Source: Anthoceros angustus (Eukaryota > Plantae > Anthocerotophyta). Taken from it: 64,000 nt of DNA. Shown one piece after another: positions 1 through 12,889 of the stretch. The position numbers and the translations under genes were made by a program. The DNA is taken from the NCBI GenBank assembly GCA_010909165.1, contig VJWM01000284.1, positions 66,488-130,487 of the forward strand, read 5' to 3'. The notes under the pieces were generated by a model. That model had not been told where the DNA came from. It worked only from the letters and a program-made list of their open reading frames with translations, and did no database searches. Every line of letters starts with the position of its first letter. Positions within the stretch are counted from its first letter, which is position 1.

Positions 1-59
1 TGCCTGCCAGGCTCACGCCTATCTGAAAGGTCGACTTGGGCGGAGGGCACCATAGGGCA

Positions 60-1200
60 TAGGGAGACCTCGAGGTTGTACTCTGTAGCCTTCAGCTGCC
101 ATCACCTCTGCGACAAGCAAGAGACAGTGCAGGTAGTCAACCATCCATCCAGGCACCCAGCATGGATCTTTCATCCCGACGAACCGCCGCTGCTGGATGG
201 AAAAAGAGCGGTGCACACCAAAATCCAGACCAAGAAAAGTAAGAATACTGGCCTTTAGAAGTATTACATGAGACCCCACGCGGAATTGGCATGGCCCTTG
301 AGCACGCCGCTGATGTTGACGGCAAACATCCTATCCACAGCTGCAAAGCATGCCGGCAGCACATTCACAGCCTCCGAAACCTTCCCACACACTGTGCTTA
401 ATATCATTCCACATTATCCCACAGTGAGCCGAATGCTTCATCAACTTCCTTCACTAGTTCACTGCAACGGTGCTATTGGAGCAGATTGGCGTCATCTCAA
501 CTTTGCTGGCAAACTGGCGTCATCTCAAATTTGCTCATGAAGCCTCTGGTGCAGACATTTGTCATCCTCCACGGCCTGGTTTGCCCGTTCTGCAGACAAG
601 TCGTATCATTGTTAGAATATGAAGATAAACCTAGAATAACTGGGAACGGAGACGTTATAGATTTGCAGAGATTGGAAACTCCCATCTACACCGAGGGAGT
701 GGGGAAGAACCCACTCAAGGCCCAAGGCCAAGGGGGACTAGCCCCCGCGAATTAGGGTATTCTTATATTACTCCACCAAGGAAGTATACATGACACCTGC
801 AAACACTAGCATGGCTATCTACAAGCTATTAGTGCGTGTGTGTCATCAGAGTCTAACTTGCTCTGGTGGTAGTGAGGTTATTCACCTAACCTAGTAGGCC
901 ATTGGCCTTGGGGACCATCTATCTACTAGTGCTGGAGTAGCATATGGTTGAATCTCTAACATCATCGGAAGGAGGATGATATAGGAATCGGTCTAAGGTG
1001 TCAAAGATCTGCCGCCACGAGGTGGTATGCAAACCTCAAGTGGAGAGAGGTGGAAGGTGAGGACATGTGAAGGTTTTAGTTCAAATTGACAGCAAGATGA
1101 TGAGAGCTGCTGCTGCTGCCATGATACCTGTTCGATTGCACCAGTCCAAGGGTAAAAACCCTTCTGCTACATTTGAACTGCTCACAGACAGATAGGGAAA
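60..1200. repeat. Diverged direct paralog of ~55915-56690 (last-exon plus 3' flank module related to the GH17 gene end), interrupted by a solo LTR
   Basis: Colinear matches, e.g. aaaatccagaccaagaaaagtaagaatactggcctt vs aaaatccagaccaagacaagttagagtactggcctt, and ctgttcgattgcaccagtccaagg vs ctgttcggttgcaccggtccaagg. Confidence 0.75.
610..961. mobile_element. Solo LTR
   Basis: Perfect inverted termini TGTTAGA...TCTAACA flanked by a 4-bp direct repeat TCAT (606-609, 962-965). The segment is absent from the paralog near 56500. Confidence 0.75.
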
Positions 1201-1462
1201 CACATTCAACACCAGTTCTGCTGTATCCGGTTTGTCGTTTGTCGTTTGTGTCTGAACATCATCAGAGACAAATCGGATGCAGCAAAACTATCAATTCGAT
1301 TTGTTGTAGTGTTCTATGGACCAACGCCAGGCCAGCACTTGCTTTGATCCAAGTGGAAAGAGGAACTGAAGCTGCCAGTGGATCGTCCGTAGCCCCCGCC
1401 GTCTGAAGAGCAACACACACCATTGCCAAAGCCACAATTGTGCGAGCTCCCAGGTACGCCAT
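1081..1462 (-). CDS. Putative 77-aa secreted GPI-anchored small protein (exons 1462-1326 and 1177-1081)
   Basis: Signal peptide MAYLGARTIVALAMVCVALQTAG. A phase-2 GT..CAG intron joins in frame to SNVAEGFLPLDWCNRTGIMAAAAALIILLSI*, which is homologous to the GPI-signal exon of the GH17 gene. The donor site (gc|gttggt) is weak. Confidence 0.45.
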
Positions 1463-1699
1463 GGGCTGGCGCCGTAACCTGAATTCCAAGGAGGAGATCA
1501 GCGATCTTCAAGCCTGAAGCTTGCGATTTCAAGACTGTCGATGTCCAGCAGCGCTCGATGAGGGTACTCACGCAGAGGGCGGCAATCGAGCTGGAATCTT
1601 GAACTGGACGACATGCGATTGATCGATGATGACAGAAGTGTCGCTGCACAGGCCCACTTATACAGGGATTCTGGACTGGAGTCCGAGTACGCATGCTCA

Positions 1700-4555
1700 C
1701 TTTGAAGAGCGCTTCCGTGCATCCAGTCGTCCCAAGTCTCCAGTTTCTTTGGCCGGGAGGCCACGAGCAAATCGCACTGGCATTTTGTGGTGATCATGAC
1801 TTAAGTAAAGAGGCGGGCACAGTTTGTCCAGCCCGCGCCACTTTTCCTCGCATTTTAGATGCCCACAACCATGCTGTTGGTGTTGGGATCATTACGGATG
1901 AAAAGTTGTTAGACATCAAATTGATATGAACTAAAAACTTATTCCTCTAAATGGTTTAAAAATTAAAAAAAATTAAAAAGTATTTGAGATAAGATATATA
2001 GATATATAAAACTAAAGATATTGAGATATCCTGAAGTAAAAGATCGAGATACCAGACGGTTATACGCTATATATGTGAGCAGAGGTCAAGTGATTTTATG
2101 TAGTTTGTGGTACCATGGAACCAAAGAGAGATATCATCATGTTTGCTAGGTGTTTATTATTATTGACTTGCTTGTCATTAATTAGGGATGCTAATGCATT
2201 CTCGGTGGCTAATATTATCTTACCATTTGTTGAATCGCACAATGTACTGTGTTTCTGCACCTATGGATGTGACTTTTCTATTGGATTGCCTCCAACTGTT
2301 TTTGATTTGTTGAAGAATGAACCTAGATTCATAGTAGTATACTAATTTTTTCATAGCTCTTCACATGACCCTGTTGCAGCTTTCAGATGGCTCTATAGTG
2401 GATTGCGTCAATGTTGAAAATCAAGTCACCTTACAAGATCCACGTTTTCAAGATCACGTTATTGATGTAATTTAAGGCTTTTAATATTTATGGATATATT
2501 TAGCTTTCATTTCCAACATCTTTTAATCTTTCATGTTCACTACATGCAGAAACCATCACCACCAACGGTACACATAGAAGATGTAGACGATGCAAATCCA
2601 CCAGTTCAATTGTATAAAAAGGAAGTAGGTTCTTGTCCCGAAGGTACCATTCCTATTCTGCGCATGTCGAAAGAAGAAATTCAGAAAATACTAGAGCTCG
2701 AGAGGATATCAAAAAGACCCGAGGGCTTGACCCATCATCCACATAACCCTTCAATTACTTCTTCATCTACAGGAACAATTCAGGTATGCAAAATTTCGCA
2801 TTTTTGTTAATGTGAGTCTTGCAATTTTCATATATACTAAGTATTATAAAGATTGTTACTATTGTTATCTTTCAGTATGTGATAGCAAACCTTCAGGGAG
2901 AATATCACGGGGGAGGAGTACATATCAGTCTTTGGAAACCCACAACACCTCAAACAGATTTTACAACCTCCCAAATGTGGGTGATCAATCAGAAAACAAA
3001 AGACCTTAACTCTGCTGAAGCGGGATGGCATGTAAGGCATTTCAGAACTGGCATTTCATTTCTGTATCTTTAAGTTTTGCCTATGGTTTACTGTAAACAT
3101 TATGCATTTGATATCTAGGTCCATTTTTTATCAATTTTTTCGTGTGAGACGACCCATTATTAATTTGAATTGAATTTACTGTACACAGGTGTATCCATCA
3201 CACTATGCGAGAAGTACGGATCCTCGTTTGTTTGTTTATTGGACGGTATGTGCTACATAAGTCCTTGCATGGTTTTGATAACTTTAATAGTTTTTTTTGT
3301 GTTCTATGATTAACTGGAGTTTTATGTGTTTGTTTGTTTATTGGGCGGTACGTGTTACATAAGTCCTTGCATCACTATTCACCAAAAATAAATCCTTGCA
3401 TAGTTTTAATAACTTTAATAGTTTTTTTTTGTGTTCTATGATTAACTAGAGTTTTTTGTGTTGCGCAGTCAGATGGTTATCATTCTATAGGTTGTTATAA
3501 TCTTTTATGCTCAGGATTTGTCCAAACTTCTTCAGAATATTTATTAGGTGGAACTTTTACCGGTAACTATGAGGGCACAAGTTTACTATTCACAATCTAC
3601 AAAGTATATCCCCCTCTTATCTTTGTTTTCTCAAAATTTCTTAAATCATTTGATTCTTAGTTCCATAGTAAAATATAATTTTTGTACATTTAAACTTCTA
3701 ATTTATTTATTTTCCTTGATGCATGTCTAAATTGAAGAGCAACATTTCGGATAATTGGTGGCTGTATATTGATAATAAGCCGGTAGGTTATTGGCCTTTC
3801 TCCATCTACTCACCAGATTCTCTTCAACAATTCACATCAGATATTATATTTGGAGGCAAGGTGTATCGATCACCTCTAGACTCACCGGTAGCAATGGGAA
3901 ATGGACGATTTGGTTCTACAGCAAGAGGTCCAGTACCTTGTGGTGAGACTGATACTCCAGCACATCTTGCCGATTTGTTTTATTTAACGGCGAATGAGGC
4001 TAATAATTTAATTACACATAAAGTTGAGAATTCTGGGGATCTGAAAATATTGGAATCACATCCGGAAAACTATAATTCGAAGATTTTTTTTCATCAGCCA
4101 TATGGTCCATGTTTTGCTGGAGGTACTTGTCTATTTTATGGTGGTCCTGGTGTTTAGAGATCTTCTTGGAACGGATGGAAACCGAGGCCTATTCATATGA
4201 TGGCTACATTATGTCATCATAACTAGCTCTATGTAATAGTTAGGATGAACATAGTGAGTAATCTTTTTTTATCTATTTTATTTTGTTAATCATACGGTAA
4301 ACATGTCTCTAAGTGAAAAGCTCAAAACGGGACTAGCGTCCTCCTTTCAAGGAGTGACATCCAGACATGAGTTCAATAGAACTCCACACTTAAGACGGAT
4401 CAGTTCTTCGATAGGGTGCTGCGCATCCCCAGCTATAAACATCATGCCCTTGTCTCTGCAGTGTGCGGAGCCGCTAGTTGTTCATGTCCTATGGGGTTTC
4501 ACCCTACGGGTTACTCTAGTTGTTAATGCCCTACGGAGTTACTCCAAACTAAATT
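1700..4555. repeat. Left arm of a large inverted duplication (partner ~12890-16755)
   Basis: Promoter, all neprosin exons and introns, and the 3' flank match the reverse complement of 12890-16755. Confidence 0.9.
2115..4157 (+). CDS. Neprosin-family (DUF4409 propeptide + DUF239) secreted glutamic-peptidase-like protein; exons 2115-2243, 2380-2466, 2550-2783, 2876-3031, 3189-3245, 3469-3603, 3738-4157
   Basis: Signal peptide; motifs DGSIVDCV, CPEGTIPILR, SAEAGWHVYP, PRLFVYWT, GCYNLLCSGFVQ, NWWLY..VGYWP, FGGKV, FYGGPG. All introns are GT-AG, phase 0, and the frame is preserved. Confidence 0.9.
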
Positions 4556-4664
4556 CGAGGGCGAACTTCGATGTATACTTCTATATACCTATATAATGTC
4601 TCTAAAGTCACTAGAAAAAAATGGAGCTGGCCCTTCGGAGGTTGTAGCCGGCTTGTGTGTGCTA

Positions 4665-6271
4665 TGAGGGATTTAATCTTTCGAATGCATCCTTAGGTGG
4701 CCAACGGCCTGTTTGTCATGGTTATTTATGTTTAACCTAGCCATTGGTTAATTAAGTGACCTTTAGGGTTGATTGTTTATAATGTATATAAACTTGACAT
4801 TCCTATAATTTAATTCTCTTGCACACATATTGTAGAGTTTCTTGTCTTCCGCTAAATTGACATAGTATCAGAGCCACAATAGCTGTTGTGTCTGATTGCT
4901 AGCGCTGGCGAGGTTGATATGCACATGACTCACATCCCTCACACATGGAGGGATGTATAATTGTATGCCTATACTTTAGCCAAAGCCTGCACTCCAGATT
5001 CAGTTAGTGCTTTCTAGTTCTAATTCTAGGAAAATGCACTAATGATCCTACATAGGCAATTGACATGGCTAGAAGGGGAGGATGCCATCCGGAGGAGCTG
5101 CTGTCTCAATCACTTGTAAGGTAGTACAGTAATCAACAAATTCAGGCTTCTTGAAGGTGCTCTTGTAGACTTTCTCCACCACCGCTCAAGAGATCTGATT
5201 TGGTGAACAGACGTGGAGCTTCTCCTCCTCCCCATTGCTACTGCAATTGTCATATGCAGCAACACAGTCAGGATTCCTCCTTCAGACCTCTTCAAGAGAC
5301 AGGATTGAACTCTGACCAATTGGTGCAGACATTCTCGATTCGACTTCGATCTTTGGAGGCTCGAATTCAGTCCTTTGAGGAACTGGTCCAGCGCATGTTT
5401 GCCCATCAAGTTGACAAGTTTGAGGCAATTGATCTTTCATTTACATATCTGGACATGGAGCAGTTCATGATCCAGCCACTCACTTGGGACGAACCAAAAT
5501 TGGGCATTCTGCAAGGGATCTTTTGGTTGCTGCATATCTTCCTACGCTGACACCAACCCATGAGCAACGAGAGATATCATCACAGTAATTGCTCAGATCT
5601 GAAGCGACGGCTGAAGTTGCTACATGCATCACGCGGCTTGATCCTATGCTGGCGTTGTGGCTGCCTTCTCCAGCTTACTCACAACGGACTACTCAGCTTG
5701 AATTGGACGTGACTACTCAGCTTCTATCCAGCCTGCCGGCTTCATACCAGAACTTTGTTTCTAGTCATAACTATGCTCTTCGGGACTCCTGTAAGGCTGT
5801 TGCTGCTGGTCAGCCTTCCACAATCAGCCGGAATGAAGTTGTTGGCGCCCTCCTGCAAGAGAAGCAGAGCCGTTCAAAGTCAGGAGCAGGCTCTCGTCTA
5901 AAGGGCAAATGAGTCCTTTTCGCTACAAGAGGAAAAGGATTCGGAAAGGGGAAGGATAAAGAAAAGACGAACATCCACACTTCTAACTCACCTCCTCCTT
6001 CGTCCACTAAGCGCCAGGGGAACCACAACTGGTGTCTTATTCCAGGTCACTGGGAACGTGACTATCATGAAAAGAAGGCCGGAGAACCTAAGAGAGATAA
6101 TTTCCAAACAAGAGGCACACGTGACATTGAAGAATGGCAAGTCCTTTGGCATTTCACAACAACAACAACGAAGTAGCATTACTGCCCTGACAGTTTGTCT
6201 GACTTCCTCAAAGGAGAGATCCTCTCACTGGTTTGTGGATTCCTGGAGCAATTGCCCATATTTGCAACAAT
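4665..6271 (+). mobile_element. Decayed Ty1/Copia 5' part (LTR, PBS, gag, start of protease)
   Basis: ...ttgaCA followed by a Met-tRNA PBS-like tagtatcagagcc (4863-4875); gag-like LLSSLPASYQNFV; degenerate zinc knuckle NWCLIPGHWERD; protease-like WFVDS. The LTR start is approximate. Confidence 0.7.
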
Positions 6272-7480
6272 CACTACTAGGAAAACAGGCCTTTTACAAC
6301 GGAAATTACAACGGGAATTACAACGCCTTTACTAAGTCTGTAGTAAAAATCCCCGTAGTAAACACACCTTAGTAATATCCATAGTAAAAGTATATACGCG
6401 TATACGAGGGCTATATCATGTATTGAATACGGTATTGTCCAACCCATACGGTGTATGGCTTGACTCGTGGTCCGTACACTGGTTAAACTTTACAACGGAA
6501 CCCCTTTACGGACATTACTACGATACACTTACAACGATTTTACAACTTCAATAACCATGGTTAATATACTAGAGTTAAGTACTATTGACCGCAGCTTTAT
6601 TAATCAAGTTAAGTAATCGATTCCGATTACCACAAACTAGTTGGCGTTAGTTAACCATGATTAACCTAATCGAATGGTTGCTGTAATCGTATGCACTCGC
6701 ACGAGCCTTGTAATAAGTATGCACTTTACAACGGACCTTGTTGTAAATGAACCCCAGTAGTGGTCTGCTTAGTAGTTAGCATTTACAACGAAGCCTTGTA
6801 AAAGGCCCTCGTTGTAAAGTTTGGAGTAGAGATAGGGTCCGTTGTAAACTTAGTGCTGCAATGAAACAAGTTGTTGTAAAAATCTACAGAGGTCTGCTGA
6901 AAAACTCCACTAAGAGATCCAAAGCCTACTACACCATGCATCCTACAATCGGTAGACTAGTTTGTCACCGGCCTCCATTTGACAAAGAATCTCGCCAACA
7001 CTCCTTCACAAACATTCAACTACATGAACAAAGCCCACATAACGAGATGAACTTAAACAATTACGTTGAAGCTAACAGAAATTACAAAGTGAAGTGCAAG
7101 CTCTATTTACCGACCAACTATGATGAGGATTTCTTAGCCTTTTTCAAGAATCGTCCGGGAAGAAGATGTTCCACCATGAAACCTTCATCCCGACCTCTTC
7201 TTCGTAATGGCCTCCATTACCTGCTCATCACACTCTACACTCTCATATCCCGCTCATGCAATAGATTCCACATTCACAACCTTATCGATTTTCCTTCGTA
7301 ATCCACTTGAGGACCCAAGGATGGAATTGTGGTTTCTCTTTCCAATGCGCCTCGCCTTGTTCAGCCAATTTCCATGCCTAGATCCCACACTTGATCTCTT
7401 CAAAAGTTGCTTGCCTATCAAACTTGGCTTTGAACTCCCATGAATTGCTTTTGACCTCCAAACCCAAAGCAAGAATAGGC
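6272..7480. mobile_element. CACTA (En/Spm) transposon end with subterminal repeats, inserted into the Copia remnant
   Basis: TIR CACTACTAGGAAAA at 6272, then many TTTACAACG copies and inverted CGTTGTAAA copies. A decayed minus-strand GCECGIYCM motif weakly resembles CACTA Ulp1-type protease. The opposite TIR is not seen. Confidence 0.75.
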
Positions 7481-7486
7481 TTATGC

Positions 7487-9300
7487 TTTTTCTCCACCAC
7501 CGCTCAAGAGATCTGATTTGGTGAACAGACGTGGAGCTTCTCCTCCTCCCCATTGCTACTGCAATTGTCATATGCAGCAACACAGTCAGGATTCCTCCTT
7601 CGTCCACTAAGCGCCAGGGGAACCACAACTGGTGTCTTATTCCAGGTCACTGGGAACGTGACTATCATGAAAAGAAGGCCGGAGAACCTAAGAGAGATAA
7701 TTTCCAAACAAGAGGCACACGTGACATTGAAGAATGGCAAGTCCTTTGGCATTTCACAACAACAACAACGAAGTAGCATTACTGCCCGACAATTGTCCGA
7801 CTTCCTCAAAGGAGAGATCCTCTCAGTTCAGGATTCCCGGAGCAATTGCCCATATTTGCAACAATCACTACTAGGAAAACAGGCCTTTACAACGGAAATT
7901 ACAACGGAATTACAACGCCTTTACTAAGTCTCAGAGTAAAATCCCGTAGTAAACACACCTTAGTAATATCCATAGTAAAAGTATATACGCCGTATACGAG
8001 GGCTATATCATGTATTGAATACGGTATTGTCCAACCCATACGTGTAAACCGGGTGGTCCGTACACTGGTTAAACTTTACAACGGAACCCCTTTACAGCGG
8101 ACATTACTACGATACACTTACAACGCATTTTACAACTTCAATAACCATGGTTAATATACTAGAGTTAAGTACTGTTGACCGTAGTTTATTAACTGGGGTT
8201 AAGTAACTGGATTCCGATTACCACAAACTAGTTGGCGTTAGTTAACCATGATTAACCTAATCGAATGGCTGTAATCGTATGCACTCGCACGAGCCTTGTA
8301 ATAAGTATGCACTTTTACAGTATCTGTTGTAAATGAACCTAGTGTATGTGGTTCTGCTGTAAGAGCATTTTACAACGAAGCCCGTTGTAAAAGGCCCTCG
8401 TTGTAAAGTTTCGGGAGTAGAGATAGGGGTCCGTTGTAAACTTAGTGCGTTGCAATGAAACAAGTTTGTTGTAAAATCTACAGAGGTCTGTTGAAAAAAA
8501 CTCCACTAATGCTATACTGGCAAAGCCTACTACACCATGCATCCTACAATCGGTAGTAGACTAGTTTGTCACCTGCGGCCTCCATTTGACAGCAACTTCG
8601 CCAACACTCCTTCACAAACATTCAACTACATGAACAAAGCCCACATAACGAGATGAACTTAAACAATTACGGTTGAAGCTAACAGGAAATTACAGTGGAA
8701 GTGCAAGCTCTATTTACTGACCTGAACTATGATGAGGATTTCTTAGCCTTTTTCGCAACTGTCCGGGGAAGAAGATGTTCCACCATGAAACCTTCATCCC
8801 GGACCCTCTTCTTCAGAATGGCCTCCATTACCTGTTCATCACACTCTACACTCTCATATCCCGCTTCATGCAATAGATTCCAGACATTCACAACCTTATC
8901 GATTTTCCCTTCAGAATCCACTTGAGGACCCAAGGATGGAATTGTGGTTTCGCCTCTTTCCAATGCGCCTCGCCTTGTTCAGCCAATTTCATGCCTAGAT
9001 CCCACTTGATCTCTTCAAAAGTTGCTTGCCTATCAAACTTGGCTTTGAACTGCCCATGAATTGCTTTTGACCTCCAAACCCAAAGCAAGAATAGGGCTTA
9101 CCAATGACGTTTTCCCCTCGATCGCAGCAATCTTCGTTGATCGGTGCAACAACACCATCCAGCTTATCTTTCTCCTGTTTCAGAAGAACATCCCAATACT
9201 CCTTCTTCAGGCTCTTGGGCACATACTTGTCACTTGATTTCTTCCCATGTAAGAAGTGCCTAGCCAATTGCTTGTCAAACAGTTGCATGGAACACATGAA
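7487..9300. repeat. Tandem duplicate of the Copia/CACTA junction (copy of ~5170-5283 joined to ~5996-7480); second CACTA TIR at 7866
   Basis: Near-identical sequence and duplicated ORFs (5988-6179 vs 7504-7809). The internal deletion joins at the microhomology cctccttc. Confidence 0.85.
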
Positions 9301-11185
9301 GTGCGTGTAAGGAATTTGAGAGCTCTTCACTCACAGCCTCTGGAGCTAATGCAGAAGTTTGAAGCAGTGTCCTTGACACATGTGCCACGACAAGGAACGA
9401 GCACGACCCGCCAAATTAGCTTTGAAGGAGGAACAAACTACTGCCCGAGCAAGTTCACAAGCCATGTCTCTAAGAATTGCGGCAGAAGTATGTCGAGTTG
9501 TCAGCAAGGCCCGGATGAGTATGAGGAAGAAGGATGGACATCCGGAGCGTGAACGAGCTGCGCGTGGTGTTATTTGGCAACGCAGGATTGGCAATAGTGA
9601 GATCTCCCCGTGAGTGCGGATCTGCTCGATATCCGTGACCGTGGCCGCGCGTAACCACAAGGAGGGCGGCAATGGCGATCCCGGCAGGGTTAGTGGAAGC
9701 AGCCAAGTGTGGAGCAAAGCGGGTAATGATCAAGAGCCATGACTCAGGAATGTTGCTTGAGGTCCAGAATTTTGCAGCAGGCCAAGGTAGTACAGTGGCA
9801 ACCCGAGTCTTGATACAGATCGCAAGAATTGTGGCGACAATGGATGGAGTTGGATTTCTACACATCAACGAAGCTCATAATATCAAGGCACACAAGATGG
9901 CTAATGCAGGTCTCTACAATAATGCAAGGAAGAACACAGGTATGACATTCCGAGCGATGGCTGTAAAAATTGAAAACCCTATAGCCTTGTATGAACAAAT
10001 TGCAGATTATCTCAAGGAAAGGAAAATGCCGGAAGGCTAGGGGCTGATCCAAGCATGAAGAGGAAGTTACAATCTTGGTCGAAAGCATACACCATGATAG
10101 AAGGGAAGTTGTTTAGAATCGGTCCCGATAGGGTCCTACGCTGTGTATGGGCGAATGATACCTCGGATCCTTTTGAGATGCATGACTCGTGTGTGGTGGT
10201 CATTTTGATGCATCGCAATCGGTCAAAAGATTCGAGGGCTGGTTTTACCGCCCACCTTGTTCAAGGATGTTCGTGAGTATTGCCAGTAGTCTCGCCAAAA
10301 TTTGCTCAAGTGTCACAAGGTGGTTTGTTGTGTCCAAAGGTTTCCTAGCGGTCCCTTTGTCAAGTGGGGTATTGATTGTATAGGTCCGATCAGCCCAAAG
10401 GTCATTTCATGGCAATCGCTACATAGTAACAAAGAATCGACTATGCTACCAAGTGGGTTGAAGTCGCCGCACTATCGTGAGAAATGGTAGGAACTGCACC
10501 ATCATGTGATCACAAGGTTTGGATGTCCAGAGATAGTGTCGGATCGAGGTCGAGAGTTTGTCAACGAGGTGGTTGAGAAAGTCATGTCCATGTTCTTTGT
10601 CAAGCATAGGTTAACAACGGCCTATCATCCTATGGCTAATGGTCAAGTCGAAAGCTCAAACAAGATAGCCATTAAAGTGTTGTCTAAACTTTGCCAGGAT
10701 GAGCCACAACGCTGGGATCAACACCTGTATGGTGCCCTCTGGGCCATGCGAACCCGTGTTAAAACTGGGAGTTTCCTTCGAGTTAGTTCACGAGTACCGC
10801 TAGGGTACCCTCTCGTCACTACAAGAACAAGAGGATTCGCATCCCGGAGGCTATGTCTATGGAAGAAGATGCAAGGATTGCAGCTTGCATGAATTGGATG
10901 AGGTCAAGAGCACCACCTCACCATCAAGAAGAGAAACTCAAGCGTAAAGAAAAGTATGATGAGGACAAGAAGGAGTTCGGTTTCTCTGTGGGAGAATGGG
11001 TCCTCAGGCTAAACGTCCGCAGGTATCTCAAAAGGGAGTCGGGGGCGAAGCTGAAGCCGCGTTGGGAAGGCCCATGGCTTGTCAAAAAGATACATGAGAA
11101 CGGGTCAGTAGATGTGGTGAAACCGTCTGATCTGGAAGCTACGGAGACGGTAAGTGGGTCTCACCTCAAGAAATTCTATTGCTGA
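9300..11185 (+). mobile_element. Ty3/Gypsy (Tat-like) pol fragment: RNase H-like domains and integrase, frameshifted
   Basis: FEAVSLTHVPR; PFVKWGIDCIGPI; ITRFGCPEIVSDRGREF; TTAYHPMANGQVESSNK; KLKPRWEGPW. Confidence 0.9.
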
Positions 11186-11315
11186 TAACACTACCATGAG
11201 TAGCTGCGGTCCTGATTAGGATGCCTGCATACCATGGTTGAAGGCATCTAACCTAAGCCAGCAGACTATTTTTAGGTGGGATTAGGCTTGGATAGGGTAT
11301 ACGTATGATGGGTGA

Positions 11316-12200
11316 ATGGCTGAGAATGTGATTGTTGGTAGCCCCAAACGAGTGGCCAATGGTGGCCAAGAGAACTACTTAAAGCTAGCAGAGTTGATAG
11401 GAGGTGTACTTCGTACTATGACAGGAATGGACTCCTTCTGGCCTACTTATGACCCTCAGCTGCTGCAGAGGCCTCGTAGTAGGAAGGAAGTCATCCTGTT
11501 TCTGTCATACTGTGGTAGGCACCATGAGTGGTGCCCGATAGAAGGTTTTGATGAGAGGCGCCTTGACTTGAGTCTGATGGGTAGGTCCAATGCGTATACA
11601 TGGACCCGGAGGTGTCATGAATGTTGGGAGGATCTTCGGATGCACTTGTGGTCGCATGTGTGTGTCAGTAGAAGCTTGCAGTGGACGGGTCAATGTTTCA
11701 CGGAAAACCATCCAACCATGGGGAACTTCAAGCTTGGTTAGTCGATTTGCGTGTCACCGGAAGGTCAGCCGAGTTCAATGATTGGTATTACTTGGTATAT
11801 CCTTTGGCTTGGATCTTGAAGAAAGACTTAGCTTTTGGGAATGGTCATCTGCTCATGATGCTTCTGGGACACCTTTGAAGCTCCATGAGCCAACACCTAT
11901 CCGAGTGATAGATTTTGTCGACCAACACTGCATGCCTTGGAGCCTACATCGGAGTCGATTGAAGAGGTCGAAGACTTGATAGACCGCTTGCAAGGATTGA
12001 TGCGGGATTATATCAAAGCTGAAAGGTAATGCCAGAGATAAAGCAGGGCCTTAATGACCAACCATCAGGGCATGAAGACGGAAGACCTTTCCCGGTGGCT
12101 CTGAGCTGGGTGAACAATACGATACAAGGTGTGGTGTGCAATTCTGTGTGTGAAGTATAACAGGAGATTATGGAGTCGTGTGTGTGCGTAACTACATCCT
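11316..12200 (+). pseudogene. Frameshifted extra ORF 3' of Gypsy pol, function unknown
   Basis: Chain of overlapping coding-like ORFs (11316-11741, 11681-11878, 11782-11979) starting ~130 bp after the integrase stop. Confidence 0.4.
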
Positions 12201-12889
12201 TGTCCTTCTTATCAGGGGAGCGAGCCCAGGGGCCAGCCGGGGAGAGAAAATGTGCAAGGATAAGAACGAAATAACAAAGGGGATGTTTTGTGTGGTGTGA
12301 ATGAAGATTTCTATTCTGATAGCAAGGGATCTCTGCAACAATGCCTCTTGGTGCCAACGGTGCATAGGATTCCAGTAAGCATCATGAGTTTAAAGTAGAG
12401 CCAACTTTAGAAAAGGACTCCCGCTACAAATAGCGGCCATTGTAATCTGGAAGGGGCATTCAGCAATGGATGGGACGGAGTCCCCTTGCTCATCGCGAGC
12501 TTCTAAGCTCTTGTGCCTTGACCCTATCAAAGATTCTAGCTTGGTAGTTCCACATGTCCAGTCATATACTTTGTGATTTCCTGAGGGGCTTGATTGCTGA
12601 TAGTCGGTCATGCTCGCAATTCCATCTGTGTATGTATGTATGGTGCAGGGCTCGGTGAGCGCAGAGACTAGGCCACATCAATCTGTATACGCTCTCCCGG
12701 GCCACGGTGACATGGCAGTGCTGTCCCCATAATCGACTAACATATCCGGTTCGGTCGATACGGAAGAGGTCATTCGTCACCCGATGCTAGGTAAGTCCAT
12801 AGGAGCATCTCAGAATGTGTGAGACTGGCTACAAGTAGAAGGGTAGGGATCTCCCTCTTGGGGTAGGCTGCTACCTCAAGGAGATGGAG

